From: an uncultured Acidimicrobiia bacterium
GTDB lineage: Bacteria > Actinomycetota > Acidimicrobiia > Spongiisociales > ZC4RG35
DNA length: 64,000 nt
Assembly: GCA_963840175.1 (NCBI GenBank)
Contig: CAWIXU010000004.1
Location: 9,288 to 73,287 of the forward strand
Reading direction: 5' to 3'
Positions 1 through 11,569 of the stretch are shown piece after piece; within the stretch, counting starts at the first letter, position 1, and each line of letters starts with the position of its first letter. The position numbers and the translations under genes are program-made. A model generated the notes under the pieces. It saw only the letters and a program-made list of their open reading frames with translations, ran no database searches and was not told the DNA's origin.

Positions 1-34
1 ACTCGACATCTCGATTGACAATGCACCCGGCACC

Positions 35-400
35 GTGATCATCGCTATGACCCAGGCCGGCAACTCTGGTACGCCTGGTCTGTTGGATACAGGTGACATG
101 ATCCTCATCTACTTCTCTGAGGATGTCGTTGTCGCTCCCGGTGCCACGATCCAGCTTCTCGACCCTGACGGAACCACCGCCACGATCACATGTGGCGTCG
201 AGGCGACTTGCGCCTCCGGTCCTGCCGACCAACTGTTGATCACGATTACGGTTGCACTGCCCACCTCCGGCGGGACCACGCCCGGCATCGAGAATCAAGC
301 CGAGATAACAGCGGTAGGCGGCATCACCGCCTCTGACAACGGCGCTGCGGTCAACACTGCGGATTCGAGCGTTTTCGGCCGCACATTCTTCGACTTCTAG
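35..400 (+). CDS. C-terminal fragment of a secreted/surface protein with Ig-like beta-sandwich repeats; 5-prime end is outside the window
   Basis: ORF 35..400 continues from the window start. T/G/A-rich beta-strand repeats (ATITCGVEATCASGPADQLLITITVALPTSGGTTPG) resemble bacterial Ig-like surface domains. Confidence 0.35.
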   Translation: MIIAMTQAGNSGTPGLLDTGDMILIYFSEDVVVAPGATIQLLDPDGTTATITCGVEATCASGPADQLLITITVALPTSGGTTPGIENQAEITAVGGITASDNGAAVNTADSSVFGRTFFDF

Positions 401-441
401 CAGTTGACTCCAACGGGGAACGTGAGCGTCCCCGGCAACGT

Positions 442-3255
442 TTGACACCCATAGTGTCGAGGAAAATTTCGTTTGGGTTGGTGGTCGTTCTGATGGGCCT
501 TCTTGCGTCGCCGGCACAAGCTCATCCGGTTCCGATCGACACCTCGAGCGTCGTGCCCGGCGACCACCCCCAATGCGGGGTTCACCGACATTGGAACCTT
601 CGACGCCACTACTCGGACCGCCATCAACTGCCTGGCGGCCTTCGGGATCGCGCAGGGCACCACTGCTGCGACCTATTCGCCCAACGCCAACGTCGCCCGC
701 TGGCAGATGGCGCTCTTTCTCATTCGTCAGGCCGAGGACCATGGCCTGACCGTACCGGCGCCGGTCGATCAGGGTTTCACTGATATCGGCGGGCAGGCAG
801 CGGCGACGCAGAGACGCGATCAATCAGGTCGCGCAGATGGGGATCAGCAGCGGGACGACTTCGACCACCTTTTCGCCCAACGACACTGTTACTCGCTGGC
901 AGATGGCGCTTTTCCTCTATCGACTCGCCGTTCAGGCCGGGGTGACGGTCACCGACGATCCAACCAGCGATTCCTTTAGCGACATCGGCGGCTACGGCAG
1001 CGAGATTCAAACCGCGATCAACTTCCTCGCGGACGGGCACATCGCGCTCGGAACCAGCGAAGGAATCTTCTCGGGCAACGTAAATGTCACCCGCTGGCAG
1101 ATGGCTCTGTTCATCACCCGGGTGCTGGCGGCCGACGGCATCACGCAGTCGTGAGAGCGTATCATGCGCCGTTTGCTCATCGTTTCGGCAGTTCTTGCGC
1201 TGATTGCGGGCTGATGGCACTGCCCGCCGGAGCGTTGGTTTCGGAGGCCTGTCCTTCCAACCTGCCCGCCGGAGCGCTTCGGTGACCTGGCCGGTTTGAG
1301 CACGGATGCTCTGGATGCCATCGATTGCGTTGCCCATTACAAGATCGCCGCAGGGCACCTCGGCGACGACATTCAGCCCCAATTCTTCTGTGCTTCGCTG
1401 GCAGATGGCCCTGTTCCTCACCAGAACGGTGACGGCTCTGGGAGTCGCCCTTCCCAACGGAGCCGGCCAGGGGTTCACCGACATCGGATCTATGCCGGCG
1501 GCGACCCAGACCGCCATCAATCAGATCCGCCAACTCGGAATCAGCCTGGGGACCTCCGCTACCTCCTTCAATCCGTTGGGCGTGGTGCCTCGCTGGCAAA
1601 TGGCTCTGTTCCTGAGCCGGCTCCTCTCAAGCGGTCGGGGTCTCGCTTCCCAACGGCGCCAGCCAGGGCTTCACCGACATCTCGGCCATGCCGGTCGGCG
1701 ACGCAGGTCGCGATCAACCAACTTCGCCAGCTCGGCGTCGCGCTGGGGACAACCGCAACCAGACCTTCTCGCCGTTCAGCGACGTCTTGCGCTGGCAGAT
1801 GGCGCTCTTCCTGGCCCGGTCGACCGAAACCGCGGGTGGCCTTCCGTTCCGATTGGCGGCGGCGCTGCCAGTCGACCACTCCTCCGACCTCGGGCACTGT
1901 CCCCTTGACAGTCACCGTCCGCAATCCCGACGGAAGCCTGGCCAGCGAACCGGCGAGTGGACGTGTTCGTGGCGGCATCGCTCGACAGCAACGGGCGCTG
2001 CGTGCTCGACAACGATGCTCATGTCAACGGAGGCGATGCCGGCTACCAACAGCAACTGCGTGCTCGACAACAATGATCCGCTCACCAATGGCAGCGGTGT
2101 CGTTACGGTCAACCTCACCCACGATGCGACTCAGGAAGTCGACACGATTTACTCCTGGACCGGCGAGGTCGGTGAAACGTTCGATTTGCAGGACGTCCGA
2201 GGCGAAGCGGCGGTGCAGCTCACCTGGGGTGCGGCTCCAACCGGCCTGACCATTCCAGCAAACGTGAGCGCCGGATTTGCTACGTCAGCGCGCGGTCAGG
2301 GCCCAACTGATCGGGCCCGGGGGCGCGGCAGTGACCCTGTCGGGTCAGAACATCAGGTTCACGGTGCAGCGCGGCAACCAGACGATTCTCACCCAGACGG
2401 TGATGACGGGAGCCGACGGAAGCGCCACTCTGACCTATGTCGGTCCGGCCGATCCTTCGGGAGCAGACGACGCTGCGGTCATCGACAACGTCACGGCGTT
2501 CTGGGACAAGGACCGGGACAACGTCGACGACGGCGCGGCCGAGTTCGACGACAGCGGCACCGTTACTTGGGACGATCTGCTTGCCCCCGGTTACGACCGC
2601 CTCTCTCAGCCAGAGTTCCTTGACGCAATCTGCTCGGCGAGTTCGCTTCGATCTCGGTCACCGTCCGCGACAAGTTCAGTCAGCCGATCGCCAACGCCGA
2701 CGTGACGTTCCAAACCGGACAGGCCGGTCCGACCGTCGCCACCACCAACGCCTCTGGAGTGGCCACTTTCCAGTACACGGTCGTTGGCACGGGCTTGGCG
2801 GACTCCGTCGACGCCAGCGTGGATCTCAATCGAGATGGCGACACCAACGATCCCGGTGACCTGGGCTTTGGTGGCGTCACCAACCTCATTCACTACTGGG
2901 TCGCGACCGCGCCGACGCTGGCCGGGATTGACCGTCGTTCGATGTGATTGCGATCAATGCCGGCGCCAACACGGTCGACGTCGTCCAGATCGGCACCGCC
3001 AACTACTACCGGCTCACCTACGACGCGAATGACCAGTTCAATGTCAACGGGGGTGGCTCGGAGAGCCTGGACCAGTTCGAGTCGGCATTGGTCGGTATGC
3101 TGCTTCCGGATCTCGACGGTCCGGGAGGCCAGGAGCTGATCGACCAATCCCTACTCCACACCTGCCGGCGCCGCCAGCGCGTTCCTGCTGAATACCTAGA
3201 GCACGCTCTGGCTAGCGCCTCGAGCGATTTTTGGGACGCGGAGCCGTCGCCGTAG
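442..3255 (+). CDS. Large cell-surface protein with signal peptide, multiple SLH domains and bacterial Ig-like (Big) domains; reading frame interrupted by many frameshifts
   Basis: Signal peptide KISFGLVVVLMGLLASPAQA at 442. Repeated SLH signature FTDIG..AIN.LA.LGI..GTS.TTFSPN..VTRWQMALFL.R in ORFs 503..979, 837..1154, 1306..1908 and 1688..2623. Ig-like segments in 2277..2705, 2702..2947 and 2944..3255. All pieces are consecutive on the same strand in alternating frames. Confidence 0.6.
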
Positions 3256-4292
3256 GGGCTCGGGATGTCTCCGAGGTCGCTCCCATCCGACTTCGAGCAG
3301 GCGGCGCGCCTCGGCGCCGATCCCGGCACCGGCCGCGACTCGGACCGCGAACGTGCCCATGACCTCGGGGCGTTCGGTCGAGTTGCGGACCACCACCAAG
3401 GGTCGTTTCAAAACCGACACCTCTTCGGCGATCCCTCCCGAATCTGAAATCATCAACGCCGCCTCGGCCTCGAGAGCCAAGAAAGTCGCGATAGCCGATC
3501 GGTTCAACGACCATGAGCTTGTGCGAGCAGAGGCTCCGAGGCCGAACTCCTCGGCCCGGGCGACCGAGCGAGGATGCAACGGCAGCAGGACCGGCAGTGG
3601 CAGCGAGGCGAGCTCGATTCAGAATGGTCGAGTACGTGTCTCGCGTCGTCGACATTCTCGGGTCGATGAAAGGTCGAGAGGATGAAGCGGCCGCTTCCAC
3701 GCCGATACCGAGCCAGAATTTCTCCTACGATCCGTGGGAGCAAGGCGGCGACCGCTTCGACCACCGTGTTGCCTGTCAACGCCACCCGTCCGCCGCGATC
3801 CCCTCGGCGTGCGAGGTTGTCGACCGAAGTTGGCGTCGGGGCGCAACAGAGGTTGCTCAGGTGGTCGGTGACCACCCGGTTGTGCTCCTCGGGCATCCCC
3901 CAGTCGTGGCTCCGCAGCCCCGCCTCGATATGACAGAGGAAGACCGAGCGGGCGTTGGCGGCGAGGGCTCCGGCCGTCACCGAGTTGGTATCCCCTTGAA
4001 CGAGGACGGCACGAGGCTGCTGCTCGGCGAATAGTTCGTCGAGTGAAGCGATGGCCGAACCGATCTGTTGGCCGCGGCTGATCCCGCCGACTTCGAGGAA
4101 GGTGTCAGGGGTTGGGAGGCCGAGGTCGCGGAAGAAGACCTCAGAGAGGTTGGGGTCGTAGTGCTGGCCGGTATGGACGACGAAGGCGGCGTCGCCCAGC
4201 AGATGAATGATGTGGGAGAGCTTGACGATCTCGGGCCGGGTACCCAGCACGACCGCGATTGACTTGGGTGGGAATCCGTACTGGTTGGTCAT
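3196..4292 (-). CDS. wecB: UDP-N-acetylglucosamine 2-epimerase (non-hydrolysing), frameshifted near 3580-3660
   Basis: N-terminal part in ORF 3504..4292 (IAVVLGTRPEIVKL...HTGQHYDPNLS...LVQGDTNSV). C-terminal part in ORF 3196..3579 (ISDSGGIAEEVSVLKRPLVVVRNSTERPE). The two pieces are colinear on the minus strand. Confidence 0.85.
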
Positions 4293-4389
4293 AACCTCGG
4301 CCGGGCATGCTACGGGCTCTCCTCCTTGTTCTTGAGCTGGCCCTCATCGCCCTCATCGCCTACAACCTGCGTTGTCGCTCTGCTTTGGA

Positions 4390-5170
4390 TGGAGAAATCC
4401 CGTGACGAGGGCCAGCGGCAGTCGCGCAGCCACCGCTTCGTCATCGTGATCCCCGCTTACAACGAGGAGCGCGTCGTTGTCGCCCGGCCGGTCGCCGATC
4501 TGACACCACAACTAAGGGAAGGTGACGAGTTGTGGGTGCTCGCCGACCGATGCACCGACGACACGGCCGAGGTGGCGCAGGCGGCCGGAGCGCGCGTCGA
4601 CCGAACGCTCCGAGCGGGCCCGACGGAAAAGGCACCGGCACTGGCATGGTTCGTTGCCAAGCGACCGCTAGTTAGCGACGAGGCGCTCGTCGTGATCGAC
4701 GCCGACAATCGGGTCCCCGGCAAGCTCCTCGATCGGTTCGGCGCCGAACTGACCGACGGGCACTCGGTGCTGCAGGCCTACCTCGATGTGGCCAACCCCG
4801 ACGAGTCGGCGTTGGCGACCGCCTCGGCACTCTCGTATTGGGCTTCGAACCGCATGGTCCAGCTGGCGCGGGCCAACCTGGGTTGGACAGCCGATCTCGG
4901 CGGCACCGGCATGTGTCTGACTTCTCGAGGCGCTGAACGCACGCGGGCGGATTCGGGACATCGTTGGTCGAGGACCAGGACCTCGGAGTTCGCTGCTTTC
5001 TCGCCGGACACCCGGTCCGTTGGCTGCACGACGTTCGAATCGCCGATGAGAAACCTCCCACGGCCACCGTCGCTGTACGCCAACGGTCACGCTGGACAAG
5101 TGGACGTCGTCAGGTCGCTCGCCGTTGGTTGGAGAAGGTTGTCAGCCGAGCGACAGCCGGCGTCGCTTGA
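4390..5170 (+). CDS. Family 2 glycosyltransferase (GT-A fold), frameshifted near 5000
   Basis: ORF 4326..5477 contains FVIVIPAYNEE...VIDADN motifs. It continues in frame 4964..5170 (DQDLGVRCFLAG...RSRWTSG). Confidence 0.65.
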
Positions 5171-5458
5171 TCTCGCGCTTGCGTCTGGTGCAACCTTCGC
5201 GGATGGGGATGGCGTTGCTCAGCGCCGCGCTGGCCGTGGCCTCGGCTCTCGGCGCGTCCTCTGCTTGCCCTGGCCGTTGTGGACGGCGGTTGCGCTGGTC
5301 CAGTTGCTCGCCCCGATCCCGTTTCTGATCCGCGACCGGGTGCCGTCTCGCTATCTGAGGAAATATCCGCTGCTGGCGTTGCTCCCACTGCTCAAGATTC
5401 CGGGCACGCTTCGTCGCAACCGGGAGTGGTATCACACGCCCCACGGGTTATCGGACGG

Positions 5459-6375
5459 TTATCCGACTGGGCCCTGACGGCCCGGGGCGAGCGGAGTAGC
5501 CCGCGAACCAAGCCCGACGCCGTAACTCAGGTGCATGATCGCGATTGACCCAATACCTCGAGCAGCCGTCCCCGACTCGCCGAGGGCGAGCACCACGATC
5601 CAGACGACGATCAGGAGAAGCAGCGGCCACCAAATCGTGGTGAGCAGGCCGAAGGCGACCGCGACGACCAGGCCGAGAACCAGGGCTAGCGGAGCCAGCG
5701 GTCGCCATGACGGGAATTCGCCGTTGAGATAGAGCATGTCGGCCTTGCCCAGTCCGTATCGGTAGAACTGGCGCCACAGAGCTGCCGGTGTGGACCGGGG
5801 TCGATAGGTCGTACGGATACTAGGATCGATGAGGATCCGTCCTCCACGTTGGCGAAGTCGATAGAAGAAGTCGGCATCCTCGGCGACACGAGACGGCAGT
5901 GATCTCATCCCGCCGTTGGCGAGGAAAGTCTGCCCGGGTCATGGTTCCGAGATAGACGGTGTCACCTTCGGTTGGCTCCTCGGTGTGATGAAACGGCGCT
6001 GGTCCGATTCCGAACTTTCGAGCGGTAGGCCGCCGCGACCGCCCGGCCAAAAGCGTTGTCGCCTTGCGGACGCATCGGACCGCCGACCGCTGCGGCTCCC
6101 GAAGCGAGGAGTGCTTGCACCGAACGAGTTACGTAAGTCAGGGCCGTAGGTGGTGTGAGCATCGGCTCGGATCAAGACGTCGGCTGCGGTGTTGTCCGCG
6201 GCGAGGTTGAGCGCGTGCGATTGCAGGCGTCGGGGATTGTCGACGACGCGCAACCTTGGTAGGCGAACCAGCCAGCGGGCAAGATGTTCGGGAGTGGCAT
6301 CGGTGGAACCGCCGTCGGCGACAACGAGTTCCCACTCCCCGGCGTAGTCCTGTTCCTCAATGCTCTGCGAGGCAT
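5459..6375 (-). CDS. Family 2 glycosyltransferase on the minus strand, frameshifted
   Basis: C-terminal part in ORF 5459..5908 (EDADFFYRLRQRGGRI, then a TM helix). N-terminal part in ORF 5939..6253 (DAHTTYGPD...). Confidence 0.55.
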
Positions 6376-6450
6376 TCGTCGATACTCCCGGCCTCGTTGA
6401 AGACCGGAAGCAACACAGCGACCGAGGGCAGTTGATTACGTTCTATCGCA

Positions 6451-7802
6451 ATGACGGATTCGGCCTGGCGCCAGCGGTTGTTTCTGGCAATGGTGGCGGT
6501 GCTCCCGCTTCATACCGTTTATCTAAGCGCCTGGATTTCGTGGAAGCCGTTCATGGTCCTCCTGGCCGTCCTGGCCCTGTGGGACCTGGGCGACGGCATT
6601 CGGCTCCGGCAGTGGCCATGGCACAAGCGAATCACGCTCGCGTTCCTTCCCTTGATGGTGGCGGTTGCGATCGGGTTCCCAGGTCCTGAGCTATCGCGAA
6701 CGATTCATCCGGCTCGCCTTAGCGCTTGTCGTCGGGTTCGGGGTGCTGGCAGTTACCGAGCGACGACTGCGCGGCGTCAGGAATGGGAGCGCGCACCCTA
6801 CGGGTCATCTTCTGGTCCGCGGCCGCCATGGCGGTGACCGGCCTGATCTTCTCGGTGCTGCTTCTCGGCCTCGGGGGGGACGAAGGAATCGACTACCTCA
6901 CAGGGTCGCGCGGTTACGACCTTCCTCTCCTCGACAAAATTGGCAAGCCCGCCTATCTCTTGTCGGGTTTCCTCGCGCTTTCCAACTGGCATCAGGACCC
7001 GGGCTATGGAGCCGCTTGGGCGGTCCTCTGGGCGACATTGGCCCTCATCGCTTCCCTCCGCGGCCTCGGAACCAAAAGTCCTCTGATCGACGGAGCGATC
7101 ATCGGTGTTCTTTGGTCCGCAGTGGTGATGGGATTCTCCCGCACCGGGTGGGTGGCGCTGGCCGTGTCGTTGGTTCTCGTGGCCTGGAAGGTGACACGGC
7201 GAGGATTGGTCAAACGGATCGTCGCTGCAACCGTTGCCCTGATCTTGTCGATGGGGCTTCTCTTCGTCGCTGATGTCGAGAATGTCGGGGGGGAGCTGCC
7301 ACTTCAGTTCGCCTTTCGGCTCCGTCAGGGCTGGGACCTCCTGGCATCGATCACCGGGCTGTTCGAGTCATCCGCAGCCTTCGAGGACCAGTTCCAGCCA
7401 TCCGAGCAACGGGCCGACGTCTGGCCGGAGTACTGGCAACTGTTCCTCGACCACCCGGTCACCGGGGTGGGCTTCGGGGTTGGCTGGGAAACCAACTCCA
7501 TCGGCCAGGAACCGCACAACTTGTTTCTCGAGCTCGGAGCAGAAACCGGGATCATCGGTCTCGTCGCTTTTGCGTTGTTGTTGGGCTTGATCATTCGCGC
7601 CGGCAGCGGAGTTCTCGGGGCGGTGGCGCTGACCGTGTCGTTCTTGCCTGCGTTCACCCAGACAGTGCTCTTCGAACCAACCTGGTGGTTCGCCGCCGGC
7701 CTGTTCTTGGCCGCGGGAGGGAAGTTCGAGGATGCCGCGGAGATGCCTGTAGAGTCGTCTGACGAGTCAGGGGTTGTCACCCCAAAACAAGCTGCTGCCT
7801 AG
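6451..7802 (+). CDS. O-antigen ligase/polymerase family membrane protein (Wzy_C domain), frameshift near 6800
   Basis: ORF 6726..7802 has about 10 TM segments and the Wzy_C-like motif HNLFLELGAETGIIGL. The N-terminal TM segments are in ORF 6451..6837. Confidence 0.65.
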
Positions 7803-7849
7803 GGTTTTGGCGCGCCTTGCGTCTGCCTGGAAAGCTGGAAGGAGCGATT

Positions 7850-9727
7850 TTGCGCTCGCCAATCAGACAACTCCTCGCTGTGATTTTGGCCTTCGGGCTT
7901 CTCGGCGCGAACCTGCCCGTCGCCCACGCGCAGACGACCGATCCGACGTTCACCGTCACCGGATCGGGATGGGGTCACATGGTGGGAATGTCCCAATACG
8001 GAGCGAGGGCGCTCGCCGCGAATGGATCTTCGGCTGCCGATATCACCGGCTTCTATTACGCCGGAACCACCGTGCGTCAAACCACGGACGTCGTTTCCAA
8101 CTTCATGGTCACCGATCCCGATCCGCTCTGGATCGGACTGTTGCAGAACCGGTCGACCTTCAACTTCCGCGTCGACGGCGCCGGACCGGTCGGCCTTTGC
8201 AAAGCCAACGACGGCGAGGGCGAATGTCCCACCCAATTCGCCCTCTCGGGAGAAACCTGGGAGTTCCGCGCGTTGGGCGGCGGTGCCTGCCAGTACTTCA
8301 AAGCCGGGGTGGCAGTTGGCAATCCCGGAACCTGTCGCGGGGCCCTGACCTGGGACTTTGGCACGGGAACGAAGATCTTCTCACCCGATAACGGGCGGAC
8401 ATATGCCCGGGGCATCATCCGCTTCCGTCCGGCCGGAGCCGGATTCCATGTGGTTCTCGAAATCAACATGGAGGGATATCTCTATGGGCTGGGGGAGATG
8501 CCCTCGAGCTGGCCGATGGCGGCGATGCAGGCCCAGGCGATCGCGGCGCGCACCTACGCCTTGCGACAGGCATTGCGATACGGGCCGGAAGAGACGCTTG
8601 ACGCCTCCCGGCAGGCGACCTGTTGGTGTCAGCTGGTCTCCACGGTGGCCGATCAGGCGTACGTGGGTTGGGGCAAGGAGGTGGAGTCGCAAGGAAACCG
8701 GTGGGTCGAGGCAGTCAACACCAGTGCCGGCCAAGTGATCACCCACCCCCAAGCACCGGACTCGACAGTGATCGTCGCCTACTACGCCTCCTCCACGGGA
8801 GGCCACACCGATAGGAATGTCGAGGGCTTGGGCCACACCAATCCCTTGCCTTATCTGGTGGCGACGCCCGACCCCTGGTCCGTGTCAGCCGCCGCGGCTA
8901 ACCCTTTCGCGACCTGGACGCGCACGCTGACCGCAGCCGAGATCGCCACGGCCTTCGGGCTGGAATCAGTCACAGGCGTGGAGGTGACCCGACGCAATGG
9001 CTCCGGTACGGTGGCAGAGGTCACCATTGCCGGCACGCTTGGCGGACAGTCGACACTTCTTGTGCGCAGCGGCCGTAGTTTTCGTGATGCGTTTGCGATG
9101 CGTTCCACTGCCTACGCGATCAGCGGCGGGAGCGGGATCGGGACCGCCATCTGTGACGGCGTACCGCCCCCGGCGGGGTTCACCGATGTCGCGGTCGGCA
9201 ACATCCATTCCGAGGGAATCAACTGCCTGGCCGCCCTGGAGATCACCACCGGGACCACCGCCACCACGTTCTCGCCCGCCCAGGCGGTGAGCAGGTGGCA
9301 GATGGCAGTCTTCTTGATCCGCACCGCTCACGCCCTCGGGATTGCGGTGCCGGCACCCGTGCCGCAGGGATTCACGGACCTAACCGGCATGGCTCTCACC
9401 ACCGTCGATGCGATCAACCAGCTCAAACAACTCGGGGTCACCTCGGGAACGACCCCGACGACCTTTGCCCCCAACGCCAGCGTGTCCCGCTGGCAAATGG
9501 CGCATTTCCTCACCCGTCTTTTCGCGATCGCCGGCGGCGCACCGGCCGGAGCTGGCGCAAGCTTCAGTGATCTCAACGGCCTGAGCCCCGAGACGATCGC
9601 GGCGATTGGCCAGCTGGCCGGTCTGGGGATCACGCTCGGGACGGGTCCCGGGACCTTCGGCCCCAACGACGTGGTCACCCGCGAACAGATGGCGACCTTC
9701 CTCACCCGCCTGATCCGGCTCCTTTAG
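7850..9727 (+). CDS. SpoIID/LytB-domain protein (amidase enhancer family) with three C-terminal SLH domains
   Basis: Intact ORF 7817..9727. RBS GGAAGGA at 7837..7843, then in-frame TTG at 7850. Signal peptide. SpoIID motif GSGWGHMVGMSQYGA. Three SLH repeats at the C-terminus (TFSPAQAVSRWQMAVFL; TFAPNASVSRWQMAHFL; TFGPNDVVTREQMATFL). Confidence 0.85.
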   Translation: MRSPIRQLLAVILAFGLLGANLPVAHAQTTDPTFTVTGSGWGHMVGMSQYGARALAANGSSAADITGFYYAGTTVRQTTDVVSNFMVTDPDPLWIGLLQNRSTFNFRVDGAGPVGLCKANDGEGECPTQFALSGETWEFRALGGGACQYFKAGVAVGNPGTCRGALTWDFGTGTKIFSPDNGRTYARGIIRFRPAGAGFHVVLEINMEGYLYGLGEMPSSWPMAAMQAQAIAARTYALRQALRYGPEETLDASRQATCWCQLVSTVADQAYVGWGKEVESQGNRWVEAVNTSAGQVITHPQAPDSTVIVAYYASSTGGHTDRNVEGLGHTNPLPYLVATPDPWSVSAAAANPFATWTRTLTAAEIATAFGLESVTGVEVTRRNGSGTVAEVTIAGTLGGQSTLLVRSGRSFRDAFAMRSTAYAISGGSGIGTAICDGVPPPAGFTDVAVGNIHSEGINCLAALEITTGTTATTFSPAQAVSRWQMAVFLIRTAHALGIAVPAPVPQGFTDLTGMALTTVDAINQLKQLGVTSGTTPTTFAPNASVSRWQMAHFLTRLFAIAGGAPAGAGASFSDLNGLSPETIAAIGQLAGLGITLGTGPGTFGPNDVVTREQMATFLTRLIRLL

Positions 9728-9775
9728 TCCTATTTCCTCTGTAGGGAGAGTTGGGCGCGGCCGATTGATGACAGG

Positions 9776-10995
9776 ATGGCGGTTGTTGGCAATGGACCCG
9801 AAACAGAGTGCAGGCGTGACGTCGAAGAGCTGGACTCACCGCGGGGCTTCAAGGCACCGGGCACTGCTCGCATGATCGCCGGCTCGCTGGTCGGCGCGGT
9901 GGCGGCCTACCTCTTCCAGGTGCGTCGGCGTGCGCAGCGTCTGGGGACGGAAGCCTTCGCGCCGATCGCCGTCCTGTGGACCGTCTTCTTCATCGTCGCC
10001 ACTGTGATCGTCTGATTCCTCTGGAGCATTTCGTGACCCGCGAGGTGGGGCGAGGACGACGGGTGCTGCGTTCGGATCGAGCGGCGATGATCCTCTGATC
10101 CTCCTCTCACCGGCAACGCTGATCGCGGCTGTTCGTATTATCTGATGCGGGACCGCCTCTTTGCCGGCGAGTCGATCTTTGCGTTCCAGGCCTTCCTTCT
10201 GACGATCGGGTTTGGATTGATGCAGGTCGGCAAAGGCATCCTGGCCGGACATCGGCAGTTTGCTCGTTACGGGGCGCGTCCTGGGCTCGAAGGAATCATA
10301 CGGCTCTTGGCGGCCGTCATCTTCCTCGCGCTGTCGGCCAGCGCCGTCTCGCTCGGTTGGGCCATGGTGGCCGCGCCTCTCGGCGATCTTCTTCGTCACG
10401 ACCCTGGAGCCACGATCGGGAGACCGTCGCCGGAGTCGTCGCGACGCCGGCCCGCGGGTTCTTGTCTTCTTACGTTGCGGGCGCGGCAGCTTCCCAGCTT
10501 CTACTGGCCGGAGCCCCGCTCGCGGTAGCAGCTCTCGGTGGCAACGAGCATCTGCGTAGCGTCATGTTCGTCACCTTCACTCTGTATCGGGCGCCGCTGA
10601 CGCTGATTTACAACCTGCAGGGCCGAGTTCTTTCACTCCTGGTCCGCCTCGAAAACGGCGACGCGATTCGACGTCTGGATCGACCAGGGTGGCGACCTTC
10701 GGAGTCGGCATGATCGCGGTCGCCGGTCTGGTCGGATGGTTGGTCGGGCCGGCCGTCGTCGAGCTGCTTTACGGGCAGGATGCTCGTCCGATCGCACTCG
10801 TCGCAGCTTGTGCGGCGGCCGGCGTTATCGCCGCCTCGATCACGCAGATCCTTTCGCAGGCGCTGGTGGCGGGAGGATCAACCGGCGAGTTGGCCGGCGC
10901 GTGGGTCGGCGGCCTCGTCGTCGGGCTGGGGACGATGGCGCTTCTGGAACGGGCCTCCCGACGTGCGAGTGGCGGTCGGCTTCCTCGCCGGCGGA
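9776..10995 (+). CDS. Polysaccharide biosynthesis protein / Wzx-like flippase, fragmented by frameshifts
   Basis: TM-rich fragments in ORFs 9776..10015, 10145..10528, 10357..10713 and 10689..11045 (LYGQDARPIALVAACAAAGVIAASITQILSQALVAGG). These resemble the C-terminal half of MATE/Wzx-type flippases and sit inside a glycan-biosynthesis cluster. Confidence 0.4.
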
Positions 10996-11450
10996 GGTTG
11001 TTCGCCCTGGCTTTGGCGACTTGGCGCATTCTCCGTCCGCGTTGACATCCACTCGATATGCGCTCGCCGCAATGCCGGCGACATTCTCTTGATGGCCCCG
11101 TCATCGAGGGGTTGAATTCGGTCCCGAGCGATGATCACGTTCCCGTCGAGGTGAACGAGCCCGGCTGATAGCAAAGTCGAGAGGTGCAAGGGCCGCCGTA
11201 GGGAGTTGCCGCGGAAACCTGCTTGCACGATGCGCAACAGGTCAGCGATCGCTTCTACGCCCAGAACTGCGGACCAAAATCTCCGGACGTACAGATCGGT
11301 TGGGGCGAACCCGGACTCGCTTTTCATGATGGAGACGAGATAGAGCGGACGGCGGGCGACTGTCGGTCGGAGCGCCTCGTCCGGAAGCGGTGCGGCCAAT
11401 GTTGCATAGGGAGGACATGGCAACGGCTTCCGGGACGAGACACTCCTCAC
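10878..11450 (-). CDS. Hypothetical protein, possible winged-helix DNA-binding protein
   Basis: ORF 10878..11450, with likely start at MKSESGF. No family recognised. It lies next to DUF559 cassette copy 1. Confidence 0.3.
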   Translation of the reverse strand: MRSVSSRKPLPCPPYATLAAPLPDEALRPTVARRPLYLVSIMKSESGFAPTDLYVRRFWSAVLGVEAIADLLRIVQAGFRGNSLRRPLHLSTLLSAGLVHLDGNVIIARDRIQPLDDGAIKRMSPALRRAHIEWMSTRTENAPSRQSQGEQPPPARKPTATRTSGGPFQKRHRPQPDDEAADPRAGQLAG

Positions 11451-11569
11451 GCTTACGAAGTATCAAGAACCGTTAACTACCGTCAAGTCCCTTAGAAACC
11501 TTCTTTTCGCGACTTCTGGATGCTTCAGCTTCTCCCCGGAGCGGGGATAGCGCGCGATCGCGTTTTCTT

